Positions 1-8,245 of a stretch of DNA of 14,996 bases are shown piece after piece; position 1 is the first letter of the stretch; every line of letters begins with the position of its first letter. The notes beneath the pieces are model-generated. The model ran no database searches. It was not told the DNA's origin and was given only the letters and a program-made list of their open reading frames with translations. The translations under genes and the position numbers were made by a program. This stretch comes from Nitrospirota bacterium (GTDB lineage Bacteria > Nitrospirota > Nitrospiria > Nitrospirales > NS-4), in the NCBI GenBank assembly GCA_963788195.1, contig CAWBGA010000010.1:1-14996 (forward strand), written 5' to 3'.

Positions 1-1804
1 CACGGAGCGCGTCCTGTTTGCCTCCCCACCATTGCCCTTTCACCAATACATTGCCTTTGGGAAGATCCTGCTGAAACGTCAACACGTACTCCCTTGTAAA
101 GTACCACCCATGCTCTTGTTTCTCCCGGCCCTCCGGCTGGATGACTTCTGAGTTTATTGCTGAAAGCCGCGAGCGTACGAGTGGCGTCAACGCAACGTTC
201 TGCTGTCCGTGCTCAGCCAGTAGCCTGGCAAAGGCGTGATGCTGATCCGGTTGGATATCAATGAAGAAGTAGGACGGGGCATCCTTCGGGACGTTCTCTC
301 CAATCTCCCATAACAGGTTTCGTTCGACGAGATGCAGCGCGAGGATGACCATTACCCCGACACCGAGGGACACGATAACGGTCCTGGCCTGACTTGCCGG
401 ACGGTGCAGATTTGAGACAGCCTGGCGCCACATCAGGGATTGAAACCGGGGCAACCTGCGGGCTCCGCGAATCATCGCTGAAGCCGTCACATGCAGGACC
501 CCAAACGCCACGGCCAGCGCGCCGATAAAAAGGCCTGCGGTCCTCCACGAGTCGGCTTCCCACAAAGCGAGGCCTACAAGGGCACACACCCCGACCCCGA
601 TGACGACCCACACGCCTAGTGCCGGAGACTGGCTCGAGACGGCAGCGACCTCCTTCCGAAAAATCAGATTCGGACGGAGTCGCCGCGCCTCCAGCAGCGG
701 CCAAAGCGCGAACAACGTCGTGGTCAGCACTCCCATCATAATCCCTCGAGCCACCGGCATTGGCATGACATGAAACTCAAGCTCCATGGTCAGCCACTGT
801 CGCAGGAGCGGCGGCAGTGCAAATTGGAGTCCTGCGCCCAACAGCGCACCCGCGCAACTCGCAAGGAATCCCAACAGCACGGTCTGGAGCAGATAGATCT
901 GCAAGATGTTACGGGGGGTCGCCCCGAGGACTTTGAGCACGGCAATGGTCTCAAGCTTCTCCTTAAGAAATGCCCTGATATTAGTGGCCACCCCGATGCC
1001 GCCCACAAGCAGCACAATGATACCGACGAGTCCCAGATACGTCGTGAGCTGGCTCAGAAAGCGTCGCAGCATGGGCTGCGCATCTTGATAGTGCCGGACC
1101 CGCACCGCCTTGTCCGAAAAGCGTTGGGCGAGCTCGGCCTGAAGTACATCGGCAGCTACCGATGCGGGGAGCTTGAGCAGATAGCGATTTGTAATGCGGC
1201 TGCCGGGCTGGACAAGGCGGGTCGCCTTTAGCGCTTCTTGTGATATGATCGCCCGCGGCCCCAAGCTGAAGGCCCCCGCCGCTCGGTCAGGCTCTTTCCT
1301 AAGGATTCCTGCGATTCTGAGTTCGGTTTGGCCGATCTTCACGGTCTCACCGATTTTTTTATTGAGCCGGATCAGGAGGGTCTCTTCAACCAGGACGTTC
1401 GGGCCCGCGAAGAGCAGCGCCAACGCGCCGTCCGGCTCGGTGCGTAGATTTCCATAGAACGGATATCCCGGCTCGACCGCTTTGAGTTCGACCAGCTGCG
1501 TGCGTCCACCGGCCGCCGTCATTGCGATCAACTCGCTCACATGCACCTGCTTGATTCCCTTTGGCTTCAATTCCTCCAGGACAGCGAGACCTTCCGTCGT
1601 TAGGGCCCGGCTCGTGCGCACTTCGATGTCGGCGGCCATTAAATTCCGCGCTTCCCGTTGGATGGCGCCCTGCAGATTCGAGGCAAACAATGAGACCGAT
1701 ACCAGAGCTGACACACCGAGCGCGATCGAGATAAAGAAAAAGACGAAGTGACGCCAGGCTCCTCGCGTCTCTCTCCACGCCATCTGGTAAGGAAATCGTC
1801 TCAC
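1..1804 (-). CDS. ABC transporter permease, YbbP/FtsX-like family (3'-truncated by window edge)
   Basis: Missing from the ORF track because there is no stop inside the window. Manual minus-strand translation from GTG 1804 (alt. ATG 1783) gives MRRFPYQMAWRETRGAWRHFVFFFISIALGV...FLSQLTTYLGLVGIIVLLVGGIGVATNIRAFLKEKLETIAVLKVLGA...DAPSYFFIDIQPDQ, with the frame consistent from 1804 to the edge. The GTG overlaps the ATPase TGA (GTGA). Confidence 0.92.
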   Translation of the reverse strand, partial: MRRFPYQMAWRETRGAWRHFVFFFISIALGVSALVSVSLFASNLQGAIQREARNLMAADIEVRTSRALTTEGLAVLEELKPKGIKQVHVSELIAMTAAGGRTQLVELKAVEPGYPFYGNLRTEPDGALALLFAGPNVLVEETLLIRLNKKIGETVKIGQTELRIAGILRKEPDRAAGAFSLGPRAIISQEALKATRLVQPGSRITNRYLLKLPASVAADVLQAELAQRFSDKAVRVRHYQDAQPMLRRFLSQLTTYLGLVGIIVLLVGGIGVATNIRAFLKEKLETIAVLKVLGATPRNILQIYLLQTVLLGFLASCAGALLGAGLQFALPPLLRQWLTMELEFHVMPMPVARGIMMGVLTTTLFALWPLLEARRLRPNLIFRKEVAAVSSQSPALGVWVVIGVGVCALVGLALWEADSWRTAGLFIGALAVAFGVLHVTASAMIRGARRLPRFQSLMWRQAVSNLHRPASQARTVIVSLGVGVMVILALHLVERNLLWEIGENVPKDAPSYFFIDIQPDQHHAFARLLAEHGQQNVALTPLVRSRLSAINSEVIQPEGREKQEHGWYFTREYVLTFQQDLPKGNVLVKGQWWGGKQDALR

Positions 1805-2496
1805 GGCACAGGATCCGGGTCGAGACTCCGGAGGTCATCTGCTGCCACCCGGCCATCCTGGAGCATGACAATGCGATCGGCGCGGGCCGCGAGGTCGGGG
1901 TCGTGAGTGACAAGGACGAGTGTGCTCCCGTAATCGCGATTGAGTCCTATAAGTAACTCGATGATCTGGCGTCCGGTGGCAGAGTCGAGATTGCCTGTCG
2001 GCTCGTCAGCGAGGAGGACGGATGGTTTCTTGGCGAAGGCTCTCGCCAGTGCCACCCGCTGTTGTTCACCCCCGGAAAGTTGCACTGGGTAATGCCCGGT
2101 GCGTTCGGACAGACCCACCATGCCAAGCAATTCGGCAGCGCGGCTTTGAGCGTCCGAATCTCCGGCAAGCTCTAACGGTACTGCCACGTTCTCCAGCGCC
2201 GTGAGCGTCGGAATCAGGTGGAAAGACTGGAACACGTACCCGATATGTTCAAGCCGAAAAGCAGCCGCCTCATCTTCGGGTAACAGTGTGATGTCTACAT
2301 TCCGGATGCGGATCTCGCCCGTCGTCGGGGTGTCAAGCCCGGCCATCAATCCCAACAGGGTGGACTTGCCGCTCCCCGAGGGGCCCATGATCGCCAGGAA
2401 CTGCTTGGCGGGTATCTCCAGCGTGATGTCCTCCAGGACGAGGAGCGCCCGGCTGCCGCTGCTGAGCCGCATGGAGAGGTTGCGGATTTGAATCAT
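1801..2496 (-). CDS. ABC transporter ATP-binding protein, YbbA/LolD-like
   Basis: Walker A GPSGSGKST, signature LSGGEQQRV, Walker B LLADEPTGNLD, H-loop VTHD. Start placed at MIQIRNLS (ATG 2496) rather than 2535. Confidence 0.95.
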   Translation of the reverse strand: MIQIRNLSMRLSSGSRALLVLEDITLEIPAKQFLAIMGPSGSGKSTLLGLMAGLDTPTTGEIRIRNVDITLLPEDEAAAFRLEHIGYVFQSFHLIPTLTALENVAVPLELAGDSDAQSRAAELLGMVGLSERTGHYPVQLSGGEQQRVALARAFAKKPSVLLADEPTGNLDSATGRQIIELLIGLNRDYGSTLVLVTHDPDLAARADRIVMLQDGRVAADDLRSLDPDPVP

Positions 2497-2502
2497 GCAC
2501 CA

Positions 2503-2509
2503 TATTATA
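2503..2509. promoter_or_regulatory. Overlapping divergent -10 hexamers (putative bidirectional, leaderless promoter)
   Basis: TATTAT on + (2503-2508) lies 7 nt before ATG 2516. TATAAT on - (2509-2504) lies 7 nt before ATG 2496. Confidence 0.6.
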
Positions 2510-2515
2510 CTGGAC

Positions 2516-3226
2516 ATGAGGCGGCTCCTAAGCATCTCGATACTTTTCCTGGCTGCCGCAGTCTTTGGCTGCGACGAACATCTTGGCTCACCCCCGCCAA
2601 AGGTTCAGGGAACCAGTGTCGACGCGCGTCCCGGTGCGGCAGCGCCGCCGCCCTCAAACGCAGCATTCCGGCCTGAAGAACGGATTCTCGTCGCCTTCGG
2701 GAACAGCCTCACGGCGGGGCTTGGCGTCGCTTCCGCGGAAACCTACCCTGCGCGGCTTCAGGAAAAATTGTCGTTGGCAGGTTACCGGTACCGTGTGGTC
2801 AATGCGGGCGTCAGCGGTGATACGACGGCAGGGGCCTTGCGACGCCTCGAATGGGTTCTTAAAAGTAAACCTGACATTGTGATTCTCGAACTGGGCGCCA
2901 ATGATGGCTTGCGCGGCTTAGACCTCAAAAACACACGCGCGAACTTGACCCTGCTCATTCAGCGAATCCAAGCTACCGGGGCAAAACTGGTCCTCGCTGG
3001 GATGAAACTTCCTCCGAACTATGGACCTGCGTACACAGGATCCTTCCAGGGAATGTATGTCGACCTCGCCAAACACTATGACCTTCCGTTAATCCCCTTT
3101 TTTCTAGAGGGTGTCGCGACCAAGACCGATCTGAATCAGGCAGACGGCATCCATCCGACGGGTTCGGGATATGCCGTGGTCGTTGATACGCTTTGGCCCA
3201 CTCTCTTGCCTCTGCTCAAAAAGTAA
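2516..3226 (+). CDS. tesA: Arylesterase / acyl-CoA thioesterase I-like SGNH hydrolase, probable lipoprotein
   Basis: Blocks FGNSLTAG, NAGVSGDTT, ELGANDGLRG and DGIHP. Signal peptide MRRLLSISILFLAAAVFGC has a lipobox. Divergent from ybbA/ybbP-like genes, as in the known tesA-ybbA-ybbP arrangement. Confidence 0.9.
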   Translation: MRRLLSISILFLAAAVFGCDEHLGSPPPKVQGTSVDARPGAAAPPPSNAAFRPEERILVAFGNSLTAGLGVASAETYPARLQEKLSLAGYRYRVVNAGVSGDTTAGALRRLEWVLKSKPDIVILELGANDGLRGLDLKNTRANLTLLIQRIQATGAKLVLAGMKLPPNYGPAYTGSFQGMYVDLAKHYDLPLIPFFLEGVATKTDLNQADGIHPTGSGYAVVVDTLWPTLLPLLKK

Positions 3227-3247
3227 AATCTCAAGTTTTCTAAAGCA

Positions 3248-3276
3248 TTGACACGCCCCATACCCGATGCTATATT
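3248..3276 (+). promoter_or_regulatory. sigma70 promoter for mrp
   Basis: TTGACA (3248-3253), 17-nt spacer, TATATT (3271-3276) preceded by TGn (extended -10). Confidence 0.75.
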
Positions 3277-3379
3277 TCCGACCCCGGGGCCATACATGAC
3301 CTGCCCAATGACTGCCGCTGGCTCCAATCAACAGGCCGGGGCACACCGAATCATATCAGTGTGAGTGGAAGGGAACCTC

Positions 3380-4282
3380 ATGGGTGAAGTGAATACAGGC
3401 GGCGCGCCAAACCCGGATCCCACCAAGGGCCAGGAGGACCTTATCCCGACCGTTAAGCACACCGTTGCCATCAGTAGCGGCAAGGGGGGCGTGGGAAAAT
3501 CCACCGTCGCGGTGAACTTGGCCGTAGCACTCGCGCAGCAGGGCGCTAAGGTCGGCCTCATGGATGCCGACATGTACGGGCCCAATGTGCCTATGATGAT
3601 GGGAATTCGAAAGCAGCCGGAGCAGCAGGACGGCAAATTGCTTCCGGCTGAAAGCCATGGAGTAAAGCTGATCTCAATGGGATTTTTCGTTCCGGAGGAG
3701 ACCCCATTGACGTGGCGCGGACCAATGATTCACACCGCCATTCAACAGTTTTTCCGTGATGTTCTTTGGGGTGAGTTGGACTATCTTTTAATCGATCTTC
3801 CGCCTGGGACGGGAGACGCGCAACTCAGCATCTCCCAGCTGGTTCCTCTCTCGGGCGCAGTGATCGTGACAACGCCGCAAGAAGTCGCTCTCCACGACTC
3901 CCGAAAAGGCTTGGTCATGTTCCAAAAAGTTAACGTGCCCCTGCTGGGCATCATCGAGAACATGAGCCATTTTATATGCGGAAAGTGCGGGGAGCGTACC
4001 GAGATTTTCTCCTATGGCGGTGGAGAACGAGCCGCTGAAAAACTCGGGATTCCGTTTCTTGGACGCATCCCCATTGATCCCGCGATTCGAGCAGGCGGGG
4101 ACGCCGGGATGCCCATCGTCGTCGCTAATCCAAATTCACCCCAGGCAAAAGCCTTTATGGAAATTGCTTCAGCCCTCATCGCACGCCTCGGCACTAACGT
4201 CTGTGAACCTGATGCTCCCAAACCCATCGAGACTCTGTTGCAGAAGCTCAAGCGCCCTCCGACTGGTTCCTCCTCTCACTAG
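3380..4282 (+). CDS. mrp: Mrp/NBP35 family ATP-binding iron-sulfur cluster carrier (ApbC)
   Basis: SGKGGVGKST, DADMYGP, WRGPM, DLPPGTGD, VTTPQ and ENMS...CGKC motifs. ATG 3380 follows GAAGGGA (alt. GTG 3365). No N-terminal DUF59-type extension. Confidence 0.95.
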   Translation: MGEVNTGGAPNPDPTKGQEDLIPTVKHTVAISSGKGGVGKSTVAVNLAVALAQQGAKVGLMDADMYGPNVPMMMGIRKQPEQQDGKLLPAESHGVKLISMGFFVPEETPLTWRGPMIHTAIQQFFRDVLWGELDYLLIDLPPGTGDAQLSISQLVPLSGAVIVTTPQEVALHDSRKGLVMFQKVNVPLLGIIENMSHFICGKCGERTEIFSYGGGERAAEKLGIPFLGRIPIDPAIRAGGDAGMPIVVANPNSPQAKAFMEIASALIARLGTNVCEPDAPKPIETLLQKLKRPPTGSSSH

Positions 4283-4287
4283 ACCGG

Positions 4288-4908
4288 ATGCTGGCTTTCG
4301 CTACCTATTTCAGTTTTATCGCCGGAAAGCTTGGTATCGGCGTAAGACACCCCGGACAGGACAGGAAAAAGCGACCCGCAAATAGCGTGTTCCGGTCTCC
4401 GCTGCCCCTGGCAGGGGTACTCCTTTGGCTATTGAGTATCATGGCCGCCCCTCCCTCCCTCGCCGTAGAACCACGAGCGGGGCTGTGGTCGGCGGGCGTC
4501 GGACTAGGGGTCCTCGGTGATACCCCTCAAGGCACCGGTAGCTCAAGCGACACCGCTTTCGCCCTCAATCTTTATGCTGATCGGTTTATTGATCCCAATG
4601 TCTCCCTCGGGCCTTTGTTACAAGTAGCTGATTTCTCTCAAGTCGCCCTTTCTCTCCAGCCCAAGTACTGGCTGGATGTGGCTCTGCCCAACCCTGGCGC
4701 GAAAATGAATTTTCAGGGCGGTCTCGGATTCTTCCATGCCGAAGGGGAAACTTCGTTTGTCGTACCGATCGGCATAGGAGTGGATTATCCCATCAACCGC
4801 ACCTTCAGCTTCGCCATGACCATACTTCTCAACTTTACGGGTATTGATGCGGGACTGGGTTCTGGCGTACATTTGATGCCTGGGCTTACCATGGGAGTCC
4901 GCTTCTGA
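4288..4908 (+). CDS. Putative small outer-membrane beta-barrel protein
   Basis: Signal-like hydrophobic segment ending PSLA-V, alternating Gly/aromatic strands, and a C-terminal ...LTMGVRF beta-signal. True start uncertain (in-frame GTG 4387 plausible). Confidence 0.65.
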   Translation: MLAFATYFSFIAGKLGIGVRHPGQDRKKRPANSVFRSPLPLAGVLLWLLSIMAAPPSLAVEPRAGLWSAGVGLGVLGDTPQGTGSSSDTAFALNLYADRFIDPNVSLGPLLQVADFSQVALSLQPKYWLDVALPNPGAKMNFQGGLGFFHAEGETSFVVPIGIGVDYPINRTFSFAMTILLNFTGIDAGLGSGVHLMPGLTMGVRF

Positions 4909-5038
4909 TGAATACGCAGACGCCCCTAAAGCATCATAAAAGCAACTTATGGTCGGTTGACCGACAGGCGCAGTCATCGCCATCATCCGGAGCTTATCGC
5001 TGCGGCGTCAAAGAAGATTTACTGAAGGGGAGATTCTC

Positions 5039-5416
5039 ATGCCTATAGTTGCTCATATCGTTTGCGACGGCTGCGAGGCCGTGAAAAAGGAGACCAACCA
5101 TTGGTACTCCGTCTCCCATGAAAACAATAGTTTATGCATCAAGCCGCTTTCGCTCCCGCCGGACTGGGCCACCAAAACCCTCCCGGATTCGTCGATCGAA
5201 TACTATTGCGGACGATTCTGCGCGGTAGAAGCATTGACCCGGTGGATGAACAAGTTATCCGATGAAACCCCGCTATTCCCTATCAATGGAAGAGATGCTG
5301 CCATAGGCCGCGCAATCTCTGCAGCAGATTCCGAGGAGACCCGGGCTCCTCTTCCGGATCGGGATATTCGATCCATGCTTCAAGGCTGCCGAAATACGTC
5401 CCTCCTCGAAAGCTAA
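5039..5416 (+). CDS. Hypothetical protein with putative Zn-binding CxxC...CxxxC motif
   Basis: RBS GAAGGGGAG. Motifs CDGC...KKETNHW...CGRFC. The 3' 134 nt overlap the convergent gene. Confidence 0.7.
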   Translation: MPIVAHIVCDGCEAVKKETNHWYSVSHENNSLCIKPLSLPPDWATKTLPDSSIEYYCGRFCAVEALTRWMNKLSDETPLFPINGRDAAIGRAISAADSEETRAPLPDRDIRSMLQGCRNTSLLES

Positions 5417-5642
5417 GACGGGTTCTTAATTGCCGATATCCCCGGCAGTGCAACTCTTGAATAGCCCACAGTAGAGCTGCCTCCTTCGTTGCGAACTCTG
5501 CGCTTGTAAGACAAAGTTTCTCGTACTGAAGGGTTGAGCAGTAGCCGCCTTCGATCCAGCTGATCTCCAGTTGACGTGAAAATCCACGCCGTCGGTCGTC
5601 TAACCCGCTTAGAAGATGCTTCTCCCCCTCTCCAGGCGCCAC
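5283..5642 (-). CDS. Hypothetical protein
   Basis: 119-aa ORF with GTG start and globular-looking sequence (GYRQLRTRLSF..G.YFGS.E.WIEYPDP). Resembles, from memory, conserved Nitrospira hypotheticals. Confidence 0.65.
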   Translation of the reverse strand: MAPGEGEKHLLSGLDDRRRGFSRQLEISWIEGGYCSTLQYEKLCLTSAEFATKEAALLWAIQELHCRGYRQLRTRLSFRGGTYFGSLEAWIEYPDPEEEPGSPRNLLQRLRGLWQHLFH

Positions 5643-5718
5643 GTCACATCGATATCATAACCTTTGCTCGCGGGGGAAGTGCGGAACCAGTCAGAAGACA
5701 TGGAAGCAGGCCTTGTCC

Positions 5719-5747
5719 TTGCGCCGCCGACATAGCCTCGTTATAAT
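5719..5747 (+). promoter_or_regulatory. sigma70 promoter upstream of the mtaB leader
   Basis: TTGCGC (5719-5724), 17-nt spacer, perfect TATAAT (5742-5747). Confidence 0.75.
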
Positions 5748-5754
5748 TCTCGGT

Positions 5755-5947
5755 TCGTCGCATCGGCCCTGTTTGGCACACTCCCGCCATATGAGGAACG
5801 AGCTCGCCTGGGGTAAAGGAGTTTGTCCCACGGGAGACGAGCCTGCTTCAGGCTCGGGGTGGTTGAGTGAAATGAAGCTCCAGGGCTGGGTGGGTGCCAC
5901 GGGAAAGGCGCCCGTCTTGGCGGGCGCGGGGCGGGCGGGTGCAATGA
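5755..5947 (+). ncRNA. Candidate structured RNA / 5' leader of unknown class
   Basis: Nested complementarity: 5755-5764/5938-5947, 5783-5789/5918-5924, 5803-5811/5886-5894, 5818-5824/5875-5881, 5828-5831/5859-5862, 5838-5845/5849-5856. Many G-U pairs fix the + strand. Begins at the predicted TSS. Confidence 0.5.
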
Positions 5948-5954
5948 GGGTGTA

Positions 5955-7259
5955 ATGGCAGACTCCACTCGTCGTGCGTCTCTTCATACTCTCGGATGCC
6001 GGCTGAATCAATCTGAGACGGCTATCTTGACTGATCAACTCCGGAATCAAGGCTACCGCGTGGTCGAGTTTGGACAACCCTGCGATGTGGCGATTCTTAA
6101 TACCTGCGCAGTAACCGCAAATGCAGAAGCTGAGTGCCGACATCTGGTGCGGAAACTTCGACGCGCTTCACCGACCGTCTTCGTGGCGGTCACCGGCTGC
6201 TATGCTCAGACTGGAATCGAAATCCTCCAGAAGATGGACGAGATCGACCTGATTGTAGGAACGCAGCACAAAATGGATTTGCCACGATACCTGACCTCAC
6301 TCGAGCGACGGCCAAAGCCTGAGGTTCTCCATACACGCACAATCGCTCGAGATGATTTTACGCTTGAGGGGATCGGCGAGTTCGAAGAGACTCGCGCGAA
6401 TCTTAAAGTGCAGGACGGCTGCAACTTCATGTGCTCATTCTGCATCATCCCGTTTTCTCGCGGGCACGAACGCAGCCGGCATTTGGATGATCTCGTGCGC
6501 GAGGCCGAGGGTTTGGTGGCCCGAGGGCATCGGGAAATCGTGATTACCGGGGTCAATATCGGCCGCTACAACCATGGGGGCCACTCCCTGATGGACGCTA
6601 TCCGTTCACTGGAGCGACTCTCTGGTCTTACTCGAATCCGCATCTCCTCCATCGAGCCGACCACGATCTCGGATGAGCTCCTGGAACGGATGGCGGGTCC
6701 CTCTAAAGTCTGTCCGTACCTCCATGTGCCGCTGCAAAGCGGCGACGATGTGATCCTAAAGGCGATGAATCGACGCTACAGCGCGCAGGAGTACGCGGCT
6801 TTTATCGACCATGCTATGAAACGGGTCCCCAAGCTAGGGCTCGGCACCGACGTCATGGTGGGCTTCCCCGGCGAGACCGATGAGGCTTTCGGGCGCACAT
6901 GTTCCCTTCTTATGGATTTGCCGTTCGCGTATTTTCATGTCTTCAGTTATTCCGCACGGCCGCGCACTGCGTCACTGAAGCTGAACGGCACCGTACCCGT
7001 TGGCACCATCAAATCCCGAAGCCACGCTTTGTGCTCGCTCTCCCGAGGCAAGCGCATGGACTTCTATCTCCGCCACGTCGGGCAGACCGTCTCGGTGCTG
7101 TTTGAGTCCCAAAATAAACACGGGCTTTTTACCGGTCTCACCCCCGACTATCTGAGGGTTGGTGTTTCCGCTGAGGAGGATTTGACGAATCAAATCCGCC
7201 CGGTCGAGGTGCACGGTGCCATGGATGGCCTGGCACTCGGCACAGTCGTCGATTTATAG
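5955..7259 (+). CDS. mtaB: tRNA t6A37 methylthiotransferase MtaB (radical SAM)
   Basis: TLGCRLNQSET, NTCAVT, VTGCYAQ, KVQDGCNFMCSFC (CxxxCxxC), RISSIEP and a C-terminal TRAM-like region. RBS GAGGG. Confidence 0.92.
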   Translation: MADSTRRASLHTLGCRLNQSETAILTDQLRNQGYRVVEFGQPCDVAILNTCAVTANAEAECRHLVRKLRRASPTVFVAVTGCYAQTGIEILQKMDEIDLIVGTQHKMDLPRYLTSLERRPKPEVLHTRTIARDDFTLEGIGEFEETRANLKVQDGCNFMCSFCIIPFSRGHERSRHLDDLVREAEGLVARGHREIVITGVNIGRYNHGGHSLMDAIRSLERLSGLTRIRISSIEPTTISDELLERMAGPSKVCPYLHVPLQSGDDVILKAMNRRYSAQEYAAFIDHAMKRVPKLGLGTDVMVGFPGETDEAFGRTCSLLMDLPFAYFHVFSYSARPRTASLKLNGTVPVGTIKSRSHALCSLSRGKRMDFYLRHVGQTVSVLFESQNKHGLFTGLTPDYLRVGVSAEEDLTNQIRPVEVHGAMDGLALGTVVDL

Positions 7260-7270
7260 GAGTTCTTACC

Positions 7271-8242
7271 ATGGCAGTTCCTCTCAAAATCTTCATAGCG
7301 GGCGCCACTGGTTTTATTGGGCGCCATCTGATCAAGGCTTTTCAGGCGCAGGGGCATGAGGTCTATGGGCTCGCCAGGGATAGCGCTCGCGCCAAAATTA
7401 TTGAGGACCTGGGGTGCGCCCCCATCATCGGAAACTTATTAACAAACGGACCGTGGGAGCGGGCAATAGAAAATTTTGACGTCGCAATTGGTTGCACCAA
7501 GCCGGGTAAACGAGGGCAGACTCCTACGCTAGCCCAGGTTCCTGAGCTATTGAAGTCCCATACGGATGCCTGCGCTCACCTGATTCACGCCGTCCACGAT
7601 GCCAAGCTCCGAGGCCTCATTCTGACGTTCTCAGCGCTCGCTTACGGCGACCACGGGGAGGAATGGGTCAGTGAAGAGACCGAGTTTCAACCCATCGGCT
7701 ATGCCCGTTTTACCGGGCCCGCGAGAGCATCCCTGGCTCACCTGGCCGAATCGAGGCGGATCGTGGCCACGTTTTTGATGCCCGGCTGGGTGTACGGCAA
7801 CGGCAGCTGGTTCAAAGAACAGCTTCTTCCCTCTGTCATGGAAGGGCAGGCCAAGATCGTCGGCACCGGCGAAAATTTTATGAGCTTTATCCATGCGGAA
7901 GATCTCGCACAAGCCTACGTCCTGGCGGCGGAGAAGATCGGCTATGCGCCGCCCGCGGATGAGCGGCCGCGGACCCAGATCCTGAACCTCGTGGATGACG
8001 AGCCCACCATGCAGAAAGACTGGCTGGCGAAAGTGGCGGGGGCCGTCGGCAAATCGGTACCTGGAACGGTGTCTCTCGAAGAGTCCGCCAAGACGGCCGG
8101 GCCCCTGTGGACCGAGTCCATCACCTGTTCGACGCGCGTGAAGAACCAGCTTGCCAAGGATACCCTCGGCTGGAAACCGCAGTTTCCAACCGTGACGGAA
8201 GGGCTGCCGCCGGCTGTCACTGCGGTCTCGAGCGGGAAATAG
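7271..8242 (+). CDS. NAD-dependent epimerase/dehydratase family (atypical SDR) protein
   Basis: Rossmann motif IAGATGFIG, plus PGWVYG, SFIHAEDLA, LNLVDDEP and LGWKP. RBS AGGAG. Confidence 0.88.
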   Translation: MAVPLKIFIAGATGFIGRHLIKAFQAQGHEVYGLARDSARAKIIEDLGCAPIIGNLLTNGPWERAIENFDVAIGCTKPGKRGQTPTLAQVPELLKSHTDACAHLIHAVHDAKLRGLILTFSALAYGDHGEEWVSEETEFQPIGYARFTGPARASLAHLAESRRIVATFLMPGWVYGNGSWFKEQLLPSVMEGQAKIVGTGENFMSFIHAEDLAQAYVLAAEKIGYAPPADERPRTQILNLVDDEPTMQKDWLAKVAGAVGKSVPGTVSLEESAKTAGPLWTESITCSTRVKNQLAKDTLGWKPQFPTVTEGLPPAVTAVSSGK

Positions 8243-8245
8243 ACG

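Noticed and set aside
258..1913. ORF-track entries 258-704, 770-1231, 790-1017, 906-1088, 1194-1457, 1386-1913 and 1482-1751
   Set aside because: Shadow frames of the ABC permease (and the ATPase 3' end) on the minus strand.
2696..2716. GNSL instead of GDSL in the esterase
   Set aside because: The catalytic Ser and DxxH are intact, and this variant occurs in TesA-like proteins.
3296..3364. 22-codon uORF in frame with mrp, separated from it by a single TGA (possible readthrough or selenocysteine)
   Set aside because: No RBS, no evident SECIS, and the TGA is not at a conserved Cys position. Mrp has a good start at 3380.
5790..5916. Firm call as a c-di-AMP, cobalamin, M-box or T-box riboswitch
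   Set aside because: Only fragments match (GAGGAAC...TGGGGT, GCCACGGGAAAGG, TGGGTGCC). Core consensus elements and a terminator are missing, so it is left unclassified.
5691..6143. ORFs 5713-5955 (+), 5741-5968 (-) and 5691-6143 (-)
   Set aside because: No recognisable protein features. They overlap the promoter and structured leader or lie antisense to mtaB.
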